UHGV virus genome: UHGV-0150124 | Source: a virus | Length of the DNA: 53,037 nucleotides | Direction: 5' to 3' (one strand) | In this document: one piece after another, positions 28,647 through 37,545 of the stretch | Layout of the letters: every line of letters begins with the position of its first letter | Numbering within the stretch: the stretch's first letter is position 1 | The notes under the pieces: model-generated | The model's input: only the letters and a program-made list of their open reading frames with translations | Database searches by the model: none | What the model was told of the DNA's origin: nothing | Made by a program: the position numbers and the translations under genes

Positions 28647-28823
28647 TTGCGCTCCTTAATAACCCTTTTGATCTGCGCGCGCGGCATCTACGAGAGCAAT
28701 AAACACCGCTACAGGCCAGAAAGGAATCTCAAGACCACCACGATCGAGATCATTAGATTTGATAAAACAAGACATCAGGATAGCGCCAGCAATATAAAGG
28801 AGAAACACAGCAATGATAAGACA
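28647..28823 (-). CDS. Small membrane protein (~58 aa)
   Basis: Hand-translated MIECLIIAVFLLYIAGAILMSCFIK...; below the track length cut-off. Confidence 0.3.
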
Positions 28824-28956
28824 TTCAATCATCCTCTTTCTCCCCGCCTAAATATTGATATATTTCTTCAGCATTTTCCCCGCGCTCAAAACAATAATGT
28901 TCAAACATGCGCCAATTTTCACTAAGAAACATAACAATAAAATTGTTAACGTATTC
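28816..28956 (-). CDS. Small ORF (~46 aa)
   Basis: Hand-translated MDDEYVNNFIVMFLSENWRMFEHY...; start follows stop of upstream gene. Confidence 0.25.
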
Positions 28957-28967
28957 GTCATCCATAG

Positions 28968-29219
28968 TTAATCATCCTCTTCATCATCTTCTTGTTCAGC
29001 CAGGAAATCATCTACGGCACGGTAAGTAACTGGAGGGATATATTCGAAGTCATCCGTATCAAGATCGAGCGTCCTGCTGTCGCCGTCGTCGTCAATCGTA
29101 TTCATTCCCAACTCACCGAAAGGGCCGTACCCAATGTGGCCCAGGTATTCGCAACCAATCGTAAACCCAGGGTATTCGCCTTTACACCGGATTTTGTAAG
29201 GTTTATTTGATGCGCTCAA
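28968..29219 (-). CDS. Hypothetical protein with acidic C-terminus
   Basis: 83-aa ORF ending EQEDDEEDD. Confidence 0.4.
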   Translation of the reverse strand: MSASNKPYKIRCKGEYPGFTIGCEYLGHIGYGPFGELGMNTIDDDGDSRTLDLDTDDFEYIPPVTYRAVDDFLAEQEDDEEDD

Positions 29220-29320
29220 TTTTAGAATCTCCGTCTTTCAGTGGCTTATATATAACAAAACGGCACTGCCGGAACAATGCCATTTCGTAAACATTGTGAT
29301 AAAGATCACATTTTGTTCAT

Positions 29321-29605
29321 TTAACTTGCATTTTCATCTACCTTTAAATAATTTTTCGTGTCAATATCTGCCGGATACCTTGAAAATTGCGCTAACCATT
29401 GTCCGGTAATGTTTTTCACCAGTGCATAATCAAGATCGCCGCAGTAGAATACCTGGTACATCGCCCCTTCGTTATCACTCATAACGAACACCATTGGATC
29501 AGTAGTCGCATTGCGCAGCCTGTGAATCGTGTAAGCATGGCCCGTAGTGAATTTGTACTCGTTACACGTTGTGCGGCAAAACATCCGGTCAAAATAGCTT
29601 TCCAT
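29321..29605 (-). CDS. Hypothetical protein
   Basis: 94-aa ORF, same strand as neighbours. Confidence 0.4.
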   Translation of the reverse strand: MESYFDRMFCRTTCNEYKFTTGHAYTIHRLRNATTDPMVFVMSDNEGAMYQVFYCGDLDYALVKNITGQWLAQFSRYPADIDTKNYLKVDENAS

Positions 29606-29856
29606 CAGAAAACCCCTTTATAATCGACCGTGTATTTTGCTACTAATTTCCATTCACAATAGTTTTCCATGTCGCGAGGTTGCCAGCCTTTCATGCCTAC
29701 AGCACCCCGCACACCGTGACGCCGATAATCATCGTTATAGTCAGCTATGCACCACGGCTGAAGTACAAACATATAATTGGCCTCGTTAACCAGGATCGCC
29801 ATCTGCTTTCCTGTTGCCTTATCTTTCGCCCGGAAATAACTTACCCTGATTTTCAT
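29605..29856 (-). CDS. Hypothetical protein
   Basis: 83-aa ORF, stop-start overlap with downstream ORF. Confidence 0.4.
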   Translation of the reverse strand: MKIRVSYFRAKDKATGKQMAILVNEANYMFVLQPWCIADYNDDYRRHGVRGAVGMKGWQPRDMENYCEWKLVAKYTVDYKGVF

Positions 29857-30067
29857 TTTGAATTACCTCAATCAACATTTCTTCTTCCAGGTTAGCCGGA
29901 CGCCTACGAAATATTCCGGCAAAAACCAAATCGTCGAGTAGGTCTTTACGCTTAAATAACCACTCCTTCATTATTACCCCGTCGTCGCTGCGATATACGA
30001 CGCCGTTTTTCAGAAAATAAAAAGTGTGGGTATTTGTCTGAAGGTATAGATCTTCGTAAACATCCAT
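29819..30067 (-). CDS. Hypothetical protein
   Basis: 82-aa ORF. Confidence 0.35.
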   Translation of the reverse strand: MDVYEDLYLQTNTHTFYFLKNGVVYRSDDGVIMKEWLFKRKDLLDDLVFAGIFRRRPANLEEEMLIEVIQNENQGKLFPGER

Positions 30068-30071
30068 GATG

Positions 30072-30299
30072 TTAACCCTCGACTACTTCCAGCCCGCGCC
30101 CCTTGTCGCCAACGAAGTCGCCCAAGCTGAACGTATACGACCATGCCGGATTTATGTAATGATCATCAGCGCCAGCGGCAATTAGGTCAGCACCGTTAAT
30201 CATGCAAGTGACACCATCGCTATGAACGACATTAACAACCTTACCAACAACCTGTTTCAGTGACGGATAACCGTGATCGTGCAAGAATTTAACTTTCAT
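30072..30299 (-). CDS. Hypothetical protein
   Basis: 75-aa ORF. Confidence 0.4.
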   Translation of the reverse strand: MKVKFLHDHGYPSLKQVVGKVVNVVHSDGVTCMINGADLIAAGADDHYINPAWSYTFSLGDFVGDKGRGLEVVEG

Positions 30300-30529
30300 T
30301 CCTCTGTCTCCCAGCGGTCTATGCTGATTAAAAAGTCCCGGATAGCGTGTCGCTCGTCGCGCGTTGGCTTGCGCTTCCGGTAAATCTTAAAGTCAAACCA
30401 TTCTTTTTCTTGTTCGAAATCCATGTCGTAAGCAAGCGCCTCAATATATCCGCAGTCGTGATACTGGTACGCCAGGCCAGCACGAACAAAAAAGCGGGTT
30501 TTATCCCGCTTGTGTTCATAGATACGCAT
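30296..30529 (-). CDS. Hypothetical protein
   Basis: 77-aa ORF, overlapping stop-start. Confidence 0.4.
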   Translation of the reverse strand: MRIYEHKRDKTRFFVRAGLAYQYHDCGYIEALAYDMDFEQEKEWFDFKIYRKRKPTRDERHAIRDFLISIDRWETEE

Positions 30530-30539
30530 ATTTACCCCG

Positions 30540-30770
30540 CTATGCAGTTGTGTAGCTGTCTACCAGCTTTTCATCCTTCATTCTGGCAAGCTGTGCGATG
30601 TTCATCGTGTAGCCGCCATCAGAGAAAAACCACTCCGCAGCCTTGCGACGAAAAACAATATCATCATGGTTGTGCGTCCATGTAGCGATAACCACTCGCT
30701 TTCCGTCAGTGGCAAACATTGTTAATTCATTATCAACTACGTCGATAGCCTGCCAGATTTTTATCTCCAT
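30540..30770 (-). CDS. Hypothetical protein
   Basis: 76-aa ORF. Confidence 0.4.
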   Translation of the reverse strand: MEIKIWQAIDVVDNELTMFATDGKRVVIATWTHNHDDIVFRRKAAEWFFSDGGYTMNIAQLARMKDEKLVDSYTTA

Positions 30771-31126
30771 GATTTACCCCCGTAAATTTTGAATAATTCA
30801 CGTGCTTCCTTGTCTTCAAAGAGATTCATATGCAGGTTATGCAGACGGCGCATTGTGCGGAAACGCGGTCGGAATTCCTGGCTGTTTTTAATAAACTTAC
30901 CGCCAATTGAATAAATATGACCGTATGAATACCATCTATTACCCACCCAAATTAGATATTCTTCACCCTCATAATTAAATCTTATTGTAAGCCCGTCAAC
31001 CTCCATTATTAATCCTTTATCGAGGATGTCGTTTAACATCGAATCCCATTCTTTGAGGAATGGTTGTTGATAAAAACCAAAAAGCGTATTTGCAGCATGG
31101 CAAAGATAATCAATTATTATTTGCAT
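30761..31126 (-). CDS. Hypothetical protein
   Basis: 121-aa ORF. Confidence 0.4.
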   Translation of the reverse strand: MQIIIDYLCHAANTLFGFYQQPFLKEWDSMLNDILDKGLIMEVDGLTIRFNYEGEEYLIWVGNRWYSYGHIYSIGGKFIKNSQEFRPRFRTMRRLHNLHMNLFEDKEARELFKIYGGKSWR

Positions 31127-31130
31127 ATTA

Positions 31131-31337
31131 TCACCACATCATATAGTAAACGTTATCATTGGCTATCTCGTCAGCCTCATCCTGGCAATCGAAAGGCACC
31201 AATTTATCTGGATCGTGAAAGTCAAAAGCGAGAAACCTTGCTATCCTACGCCTCATTCTTTTGTTGTGCTCAAGATCATCAAAAGCCTTTAATGCTTTGT
31301 CGTATGCCCTTACAAGGCGCTTACGGTTACTTTTCAT
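31131..31337 (-). CDS. Hypothetical small basic protein, tandem paralog 1
   Basis: 68 aa MKSNRKRLVRAYDKAL...DNVYYMMW; paralog of the adjacent gene. Confidence 0.45.
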   Translation of the reverse strand: MKSNRKRLVRAYDKALKAFDDLEHNKRMRRRIARFLAFDFHDPDKLVPFDCQDEADEIANDNVYYMMW

Positions 31338-31341
31338 ATTG

Positions 31342-31542
31342 TCACCACATCATATAGTAAACGTTATCATCTGCTAATTCGTCTGCGTCTCTTTGGCAGT
31401 CGATTGTCGCATCATCTTCGTGCCATTCTTTAGCAAATAAACGCGCCCATTTACGACGCTCACGTTTATTGTGCCGCAGGTCACTAAAAACCATTAAAGC
31501 CTTGTCGTAAGCTCTTACCAAGCGTTTCATTCTACTTTTCAT
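31342..31542 (-). CDS. Hypothetical small basic protein, tandem paralog 2
   Basis: 66 aa MKSRMKRLVRAYDKAL...DNVYYMMW; shares 5' DNA block with paralog 1. Confidence 0.45.
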   Translation of the reverse strand: MKSRMKRLVRAYDKALMVFSDLRHNKRERRKWARLFAKEWHEDDATIDCQRDADELADDNVYYMMW

Positions 31543-31748
31543 TTTTCACCATTCCTTAATTCCTTAATTTCAATATTGCGTAACCGGACGTCGCACGGCG
31601 TTTCAGATTTACCAGTAAGCGCCAGCGTCAGGTTTTCAGGTGTCGTGTAAAGAGTTATCTCTTTACCAGTGCTAAATTTAATTTCTATGCGGATCTCGTT
31701 TTCATCACCGCACAATACGCGGCTAATTGACAGGCCAGCTTTTTTCAT
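31539..31748 (-). CDS. Hypothetical protein
   Basis: 69-aa ORF. Confidence 0.4.
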   Translation of the reverse strand: MKKAGLSISRVLCGDENEIRIEIKFSTGKEITLYTTPENLTLALTGKSETPCDVRLRNIEIKELRNGEK

Positions 31749-31761
31749 TGCTCAACAAACC

Positions 31762-32061
31762 TTAAAATCTGTATTGCCAGTAAATATCACACTTTATTGC
31801 GAATACCTTCACCGGATCAGGGCCGAATAGTGGATGTTGAATCAACTTGATTTCGTACCCCATGTAAGGCAATACGATAATCCGGTCTTTCTCATCATCC
31901 GATGGATAACCCCATTTAATGATTAATCTTGTGTACTCCCGCCCCTCCAGGCGTTTACGCCAGTATTCATTGTAAAGCCGGTATTCTTCCACCTTCTTTC
32001 CCGCCCGGATGGCGTGGAAGTATTCACCTTTTAAATTCAAATGTAAGTGTTTATTTGCCAT
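31762..32061 (-). CDS. Putative ASCH/PUA-like domain protein
   Basis: 99 aa; N-terminus LHLNLKGEYFHAIRAGKKVEEYR resembles ASCH domain openings (by eye). Confidence 0.4.
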   Translation of the reverse strand: MANKHLHLNLKGEYFHAIRAGKKVEEYRLYNEYWRKRLEGREYTRLIIKWGYPSDDEKDRIIVLPYMGYEIKLIQHPLFGPDPVKVFAIKCDIYWQYRF

Positions 32062-32320
32062 CGCTATGATCCTGTAAACAGTCGTTATAGCCTTCGATGT
32101 ATCCGGTTAATCCTGTGTTACTTACTGACCAATCAGCCGAACGGCGCTTGATGGCCTTGTCCATAGTCATCTCGTCACCTGGCCCGCCTGGCTCGATGTA
32201 TTTTCTTAAATCCCTTGCTATCCACGTCCCTAATTGTTGCGTATCACTGCACACACGCGCCGTTAATGTCAGATTATTAACCAGCTTTGCGAATAGATGT
32301 TCTTTTAATTTAGGCTTCAT
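32051..32320 (-). CDS. Hypothetical protein
   Basis: 89-aa ORF. Confidence 0.4.
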   Translation of the reverse strand: MKPKLKEHLFAKLVNNLTLTARVCSDTQQLGTWIARDLRKYIEPGGPGDEMTMDKAIKRRSADWSVSNTGLTGYIEGYNDCLQDHSDGK

Positions 32321-32510
32321 CCTTCACCTCGCGACGATAGATTTCTACTGGCTTAACCGGAATAGCGTTAAAATCCCCTTCATCCAGTGCGGCAATAAAC
32401 GTTAGCGCCAACCGTGCTTCAACACCGCTTAAATACTTGCACCATGCCTCACCGTTATAATCTTCAAAAAGAATAACCGCTTTTTTCATGTTTATCTCTT
32501 GTTGTTTCAT
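32310..32510 (-). CDS. Hypothetical protein
   Basis: 66-aa ORF starting at the Q stop codon. Confidence 0.4.
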   Translation of the reverse strand: MKQQEINMKKAVILFEDYNGEAWCKYLSGVEARLALTFIAALDEGDFNAIPVKPVEIYRREVKDEA

Positions 32511-33232
32511 TATTCACCCCGTGTCACTCGTTTAATTTCGTTATCAGCCCGCGCCTCTTCTTTGAACAATTCAGTAATGGCGTCTTCATAGAAAGCACGG
32601 TATTTCTTCCACCACGTTGATCGGCTTACCGGAAATACAAGCTGATTAACCGCACGCCGGACAAGATCTACAGGGAAACGCGAGTACCCGCGCCCGCCGC
32701 AATGCTGGCACGTTTTGAACACTGGCATTTCCGCTGCTTCACTGGCTGCTTTATCCGGTATCTCGCCGCGCCCTTTGCATCGTTTACAATGATTACGAAC
32801 TTTTCCATGCCCCTTGCATTTTTTGCAAAGGTGTTTTTCTCCGTAGTCGTCAAACGTAAATTTATATCCGCCGCAATCCATACAAGTTTTTTCTGTCGCG
32901 GCACTCTGGCAGTAATCCCGAAACGCGAAAACGGCAACAAGAATAATAAGATCATTGCGTTTGTCCTCGTCCAGCTCTATGACGTATTCGTAATCTTTTG
33001 CCATAGCTCTTAAACGCTCTGTAAGCAAAACTACGGCCCTGTGTTTTTCGGCTTGCGATAGTTCCATCTTTCCCAAAAAAGCGCTATAGCCAAGCTCTAC
33101 GCGCGATTGCGCCATACCCGCAGCGGTTAGCGCATCCGTCGTATTAAGAGCGTCCGGGGACGTGCCCCGGCTTTCGTCAGATAATCGCGGTGATTTAGGA
33201 AAGTGGAATTTTAGAATGGATTCTAAATTCAT
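32510..33232 (-). CDS. Q: Late-gene antiterminator Q (lambda type)
   Basis: 240 aa; N-terminus MNLESILKFHFPKSP vs lambda Q MRLESVAKFHSPKSP; Cys-rich zinc-binding segment CMDCGG...CKRCKGRGE...CQHCGGRGYSRF. Confidence 0.85.
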   Translation of the reverse strand: MNLESILKFHFPKSPRLSDESRGTSPDALNTTDALTAAGMAQSRVELGYSAFLGKMELSQAEKHRAVVLLTERLRAMAKDYEYVIELDEDKRNDLIILVAVFAFRDYCQSAATEKTCMDCGGYKFTFDDYGEKHLCKKCKGHGKVRNHCKRCKGRGEIPDKAASEAAEMPVFKTCQHCGGRGYSRFPVDLVRRAVNQLVFPVSRSTWWKKYRAFYEDAITELFKEEARADNEIKRVTRGE

Positions 33233-33414
33233 TATTTGCCCTCATAACGTGCCGCCAGCCGTTTACGATCAGAAATGGATTGCACCAGCTTTCTTTCGAA
33301 CTCTTTCAGCGCAAGTAATTCGCGCATGTGGAAAGCCTGGATTTGTCGGACCGTCTCTAAATCACGCTCGTCGCGCTGAATATCTATTTGCAGATCTTTA
33401 ACTTCGTTTTTCAT
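33232..33414 (-). CDS. Hypothetical coiled-coil protein
   Basis: 60-aa ORF between RusA and Q. Confidence 0.35.
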   Translation of the reverse strand: MKNEVKDLQIDIQRDERDLETVRQIQAFHMRELLALKEFERKLVQSISDRKRLAARYEGK

Positions 33415-33818
33415 TGCTCACCCCACATATTAGTCGCGTATTCGTCAATATCCGGTAGTAGGTCGCCGCGTTCGCGGATCTTAATAAACAAGCGTCCGCC
33501 TTTTACCTTCCGGCAGCGAACAATTTTTATTGCGTCGATTTGTCCGTCATCCTTCCAGAACTCTGCATAAGTAAGACTATCAAAAAGGCATTTGGGGATA
33601 TTATCCAGATCTCTGATCCGGTTATCCGGCGGCGCGGCGTAAATGGCAATTGCCAGTCGGCAAGGTAGGTTAATATTTAAATTTAATAGCTCGATGATGT
33701 CTCTTACTTGTTCCCTGTATTCCTTCCCCACTTTGCTGATATAGTGAAAACCGCGCGAATGTCGGTAATAGCGATTATTCGATGGCGGGTAAGGCAGGCT
33801 AAAAGAATATTCATTCAT
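33411..33818 (-). CDS. rusA: Holliday junction resolvase RusA
   Basis: 135 aa; MNEYSFSLPYPPSNNRYYRH...RDLDN...GGRLFIKI matches RusA by eye. Confidence 0.85.
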   Translation of the reverse strand: MNEYSFSLPYPPSNNRYYRHSRGFHYISKVGKEYREQVRDIIELLNLNINLPCRLAIAIYAAPPDNRIRDLDNIPKCLFDSLTYAEFWKDDGQIDAIKIVRCRKVKGGRLFIKIRERGDLLPDIDEYATNMWGEQ

Positions 33819-34420
33819 GCTGCCTTTCTCCTTAAGGCGTCCAATTTAGCCTGATAGATGTTTATTAGCTCCTTACATTCTGCGATCGTCCATTTATGCG
33901 TATCATTGTTGTTTTCCAGCGCTACCACCCTGGCGAGGCCAATTTTTCGAATCAGTGCCGGGCGATACCCTCCTATGTTCCCGTCTAATGTCTGGTTGCA
34001 GTGCCTGCATTGTTTATGGCAATTATCTTCGTTAAAGCGAAGATGTCCGGCGGCGGCTACCGTCCTGTAATGACCTGCATCCCACCCGCATTGCTCACCG
34101 TAGTAAGTCCCGCAAGATATACACGGCAAGCGCGCGTCACGTTCGCGAATATAGGCGTTAAATACATTTTGAACTTGTTTGATCCAATAACTACGCGGAT
34201 TTAACTGTTTACGCTTCCGGTTGCGTTCTTCCCTCTGGCTATCACGGCGTTTCTTCCGCTCCATAGCCTTCATAGCCTTCTCACGGTCGCGGCATAACTG
34301 GTCAAACTTCAGTTCTTCCAGACATTCATCGCTGCACCACGTTTGATTATGATATTTAGGCTCAAAAAAAACGCCGCAGCACTTGCAACGGCGTCTTATG
34401 GGTTTTTTAGGGTTTTGCAT
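33815..34420 (-). CDS. ninG: NinG (Rap)-like recombination-associated protein
   Basis: Cys clusters and SYWIKQ...AYIRERDARLPCISCG...WDAGHYRTVAAA...HKWTIAECK align with lambda NinG; track ORF extends to 34510. Confidence 0.8.
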   Translation of the reverse strand: MQNPKKPIRRRCKCCGVFFEPKYHNQTWCSDECLEELKFDQLCRDREKAMKAMERKKRRDSQREERNRKRKQLNPRSYWIKQVQNVFNAYIRERDARLPCISCGTYYGEQCGWDAGHYRTVAAAGHLRFNEDNCHKQCRHCNQTLDGNIGGYRPALIRKIGLARVVALENNNDTHKWTIAECKELINIYQAKLDALRRKAA

Positions 34421-34732
34421 AAAAACCACCCCGATTATTTTTGATTCTCTGTTTCGTTCAGCCTTTCGGCGTGTCCGGCCCTTAGCCAATGTTCTAAGCA
34501 TTCGTTGCACTCGTTACAGCCTCCTTTCTTCGTGCTGCATACATTGCACATTGCACGCATAACGCTTTCTCGTTCATAGTCGTCATGCCATTGGTAATCA
34601 TCAAAAGACATAATGCTCTCTCCTTTTCAGGTGATTTCTACGCATTTCAGCGCTGCCGGATTTTTAAAGAGCATTTTGTTTGCTTGAAGTATACAAAATG
34701 GATATGCCATAACAAGGTGAAAAGCGCCATTA

Positions 34733-34748
34733 TGTGATACGTATCACA
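34733..34748. promoter_or_regulatory. CRP-consensus palindrome TGTGATACGTATCACA
   Basis: Perfect TGTGA-N6-TCACA within a fully symmetric 14-bp palindrome, in the gap between methylase and ninG. Confidence 0.4.
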
Positions 34749-34770
34749 CAGTGACGCCATTTTGTAAACT

Positions 34771-35535
34771 TCAGTCCGGCAAAACACGGTTAAGCGTAGT
34801 CCGCGTGATGGCCCTGTCGTTAGCCAGGAATACAGCTCGTGCGAAGCCGCGCGGCGTTAGTGAGCGGATCATCTTAGTGCGCTTCGACTTTCCGCCTAAC
34901 TTCGCGTGCTGCTTACTGTCTTCCCATTCATCCGGCATTGGTACAGGCCGGAATAGCGGCTGCTTAAATCCATTACCACACCAAATACATGTTTTCTTCG
35001 TGTAGGCATCGCGGTCGGCAATGTATTCCGGGAAAGCAGGATGTTTGTCATCTTCAGGCAGGTAGCCACCGTAAACGCAAGGATTGAAGATAAAATCCGG
35101 TTTACGCCATAACGTTGACAGTGCGCCAACTGGATTTTCCACCATCCACGGCACGTTATACATATTCGCCAGTTTTTCTACAATTTTTGCGTTATACGCC
35201 GCCTTTACCTGGAAGCTAGGATCTTTTTTCCGTTTATCAGCGAACCAACGAGCGCCTGATACGGCAAGATCATCACACGGAGGAAAGCCCAAGATAATGT
35301 CAGGCTCTGGATAAACAGACAATTCAGGGGAGAACATTACCAGGAAATGGCTGTCAATCCATACGTTAACATATTCAATATTTGGATGAATTATTTTTAC
35401 CCCGTCATAATCCCCGTGATTAGCGCCGTCATAGTTGAAGCAATAGCATTTATAACCAGCTTCCGCCCAATCTTTAACGGCGTACCCGCTTCCGTCGTAC
35501 AGCGACCAGATAACCCAATTTCTAAGCCCGCTCAT
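34771..35535 (-). CDS. Putative DNA cytosine methyltransferase-like protein
   Basis: 254 aa; GFPPC (Pro-Cys) and MVENPVG (ENV-like) motifs; unusually short for a C5-MTase. Confidence 0.45.
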   Translation of the reverse strand: MSGLRNWVIWSLYDGSGYAVKDWAEAGYKCYCFNYDGANHGDYDGVKIIHPNIEYVNVWIDSHFLVMFSPELSVYPEPDIILGFPPCDDLAVSGARWFADKRKKDPSFQVKAAYNAKIVEKLANMYNVPWMVENPVGALSTLWRKPDFIFNPCVYGGYLPEDDKHPAFPEYIADRDAYTKKTCIWCGNGFKQPLFRPVPMPDEWEDSKQHAKLGGKSKRTKMIRSLTPRGFARAVFLANDRAITRTTLNRVLPD

Positions 35536-36035
35536 TTTCTACCCTCAAACGTGAAATAGCGGCGCATGATGATAGTAATCACCGTTACAGCCGCCATTTT
35601 TGAGATGAATTGCATAGCTGATATTTCCGGCATGAATGCCATAAACGATAGCGTCGGAAAAATTAACGCATCACCAATGGCGGACGCTATATTTGCAGGC
35701 CATCGTTTAGAATCAAAGTCACCAGGTAAAACCCGGTAAACGCAGCCAGAAATAAGCGCACCGGAAACAACCGCAACGAATGACGCGATCGCCACCATTC
35801 CGGCGTCGTAATTTATCAGCACCGTGATTGCGCCAGCGGCGGCGCATGTTGTAGCCGACCATTTAAGGCCGCCGTCATATAACAGAAAATCACGAATCAT
35901 CATATTGACACACACGGCGGCTACCGTGGTGATCGGAATTACCCACGGGCCACAGTGGTTAACAATAAGATTGATGATCACGAAAACGGCGACATAAATG
36001 CAGGCTAATAACCTGTCAATTGCCACCCTCTTCAT
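35532..36035 (-). CDS. Integral membrane protein (several TM helices)
   Basis: 167 aa, hydrophobic throughout. Confidence 0.35.
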   Translation of the reverse strand: MKRVAIDRLLACIYVAVFVIINLIVNHCGPWVIPITTVAAVCVNMMIRDFLLYDGGLKWSATTCAAAGAITVLINYDAGMVAIASFVAVVSGALISGCVYRVLPGDFDSKRWPANIASAIGDALIFPTLSFMAFMPEISAMQFISKMAAVTVITIIMRRYFTFEGRK

Positions 36036-36354
36036 TTAGCTCTCCCTCCCGATCCGCTAATATCTGTTCGGCCTTAAGCGCGTTATAAGCAATAAGGTCT
36101 ATAAGAGTGTCGAGCGGATCAGTTCCATTAGCGAGAATAGCCCCTAAGCGCGCTTCCTTGAGGCAAATCATTAGATCCCATACATCAAGTGGGGTTAAAT
36201 TCGCATTCATCTTAGCGTTGAAAATAGCCGCTATTTTTGGCGCTGATTTTTCTTCTTTTCGATCGTATCCGTTTGTTTCCCCTCTCGCCTCAATAGTTTC
36301 AGCCGCAAGTCTTAGCAATTCAGCCGCTTTACTCATTTTCTGCACCTCTTGCAT
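36016..36354 (-). CDS. Hypothetical protein
   Basis: 112-aa ORF between the two methylase genes. Confidence 0.4.
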   Translation of the reverse strand: MQEVQKMSKAAELLRLAAETIEARGETNGYDRKEEKSAPKIAAIFNAKMNANLTPLDVWDLMICLKEARLGAILANGTDPLDTLIDLIAYNALKAEQILADREGELNEEGGN

Positions 36355-36868
36355 ATAGCTCTTTACGTGTTATCTGCGTGAAAATACATTCATGTCTGCA
36401 TCGTGGATGCCAGATCAAGAACAAGCTCCCCTTATTGTTCCCGCTTACTGGTTTCCCTGTTGCAGCATTGATAAACGCCAGCCGCCCGCCCGTGATTAAT
36501 CGGCATTCGTTTGCCGTCTCCACGCCGTTCATAAACCAGCTAACAGAAATGTCAGCGGGCAATAGCATTACACAGCCAATGTGATTTCGTTGATGTTCAA
36601 GCGCCGCCTTATCAACGAATGGCCCCGGATTAGAATATGGCGGATTCATCCAGACATACTCACCAGGCATCGCCACCGCACCCCACGGATAATGAAGCGT
36701 GTCCATTTCTTCGGTTATATATCGCGGGATTAATGCGTTTGCCTTGTTTGCCGCCACATCCGCGACGAATTCGAATTCCCGATCCATTCCTCTAAAAACT
36801 GGTTTTGGCGTTTGCCATAAGTCTTTTATTTCTTTCGGCGTATGGCTGCCGCCGTAATCATTTTTCAT
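36329..36868 (-). CDS. DNA N6-adenine methyltransferase (phage Dam-like)
   Basis: 179 aa; catalytic NPPY motif in VWMNPPYSNPGPF. Confidence 0.7.
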   Translation of the reverse strand: MKNDYGGSHTPKEIKDLWQTPKPVFRGMDREFEFVADVAANKANALIPRYITEEMDTLHYPWGAVAMPGEYVWMNPPYSNPGPFVDKAALEHQRNHIGCVMLLPADISVSWFMNGVETANECRLITGGRLAFINAATGKPVSGNNKGSLFLIWHPRCRHECIFTQITRKELYARGAENE

Positions 36869-36877
36869 TACGCCCCC

Positions 36878-37159
36878 TTAGAAATAATCCTGTTCCGTTC
36901 CCCAGCGGTTATTCAGATACCCCACCAACCACACAAAACGCTCAATACTGATTAGCGGGGCGACCTTGCGATAATGCTTATCTAATATCAGCCGCGTGGC
37001 TTTATCGCTGTATCCGTTCTTTTCTACCTCCGCCTTGCAGGCCGAAAGCGCGGCGCGGGCGGCAGTCTTTACGGCGTTAAATTGCGGCTCTGACAGGTTA
37101 AATAAAGCCATTTTATAAATCATCAGTAGAATCAGCGAAAAAGAACCCAACAAATACAC
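36878..37159 (-). CDS. Hypothetical protein
   Basis: 93-aa ORF. Confidence 0.35.
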   Translation of the reverse strand: MYLLGSFSLILLMIYKMALFNLSEPQFNAVKTAARAALSACKAEVEKNGYSDKATRLILDKHYRKVAPLISIERFVWLVGYLNNRWGTEQDYF

Positions 37160-37355
37160 TAACAGTAATAATAACCATTAATATATAAAGCGCATCATCA
37201 GGTGATGGAATTTCTGGTGGCTCCCATGTAACAAACGACACACCACATAAAATTCCAATAAAAACCGTAGCTATACATGAGAATACGAAAAAAGAACAAA
37301 ATAACCATCCAATAATGAAGTCAATAATTGCACGCATTATTTTAAACGTCCTCAA
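37113..37355 (-). CDS. Small membrane protein
   Basis: 80 aa, two hydrophobic segments. Confidence 0.35.
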   Translation of the reverse strand: MRTFKIMRAIIDFIIGWLFCSFFVFSCIATVFIGILCGVSFVTWEPPEIPSPDDALYILMVIITVSVFVGFFFADSTDDL

Positions 37356-37545
37356 TTACCCCGCCTTTCACGCGCTCTTTAATATCCCATACGTGAGGCT
37401 TGCATATTTCTTGATAGTAGTGATCCAGCCTGCTGCCGAAATACCATTTGCCATCCATATAAAAATAAACGCCAGAAAAATTTCCTGGCGCTGCCTTTGT
37501 TGCTGCTTCTGGAATTTTCCATTCCATGTAATGTTTAAATTTCAT
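37342..37545 (-). CDS. Hypothetical protein
   Basis: 67-aa ORF. Confidence 0.35.
   Translation of the reverse strand: MKFKHYMEWKIPEAATKAAPGNFSGVYFYMDGKWYFGSRLDHYYQEICKPHVWDIKERVKGGVIEDV

Noticed and set aside
28647-28925. 92-aa plus-strand ORF in the gap upstream of the lysis cassette
   Set aside because: The same interval is better explained by two minus-strand small ORFs that continue the flanking operon
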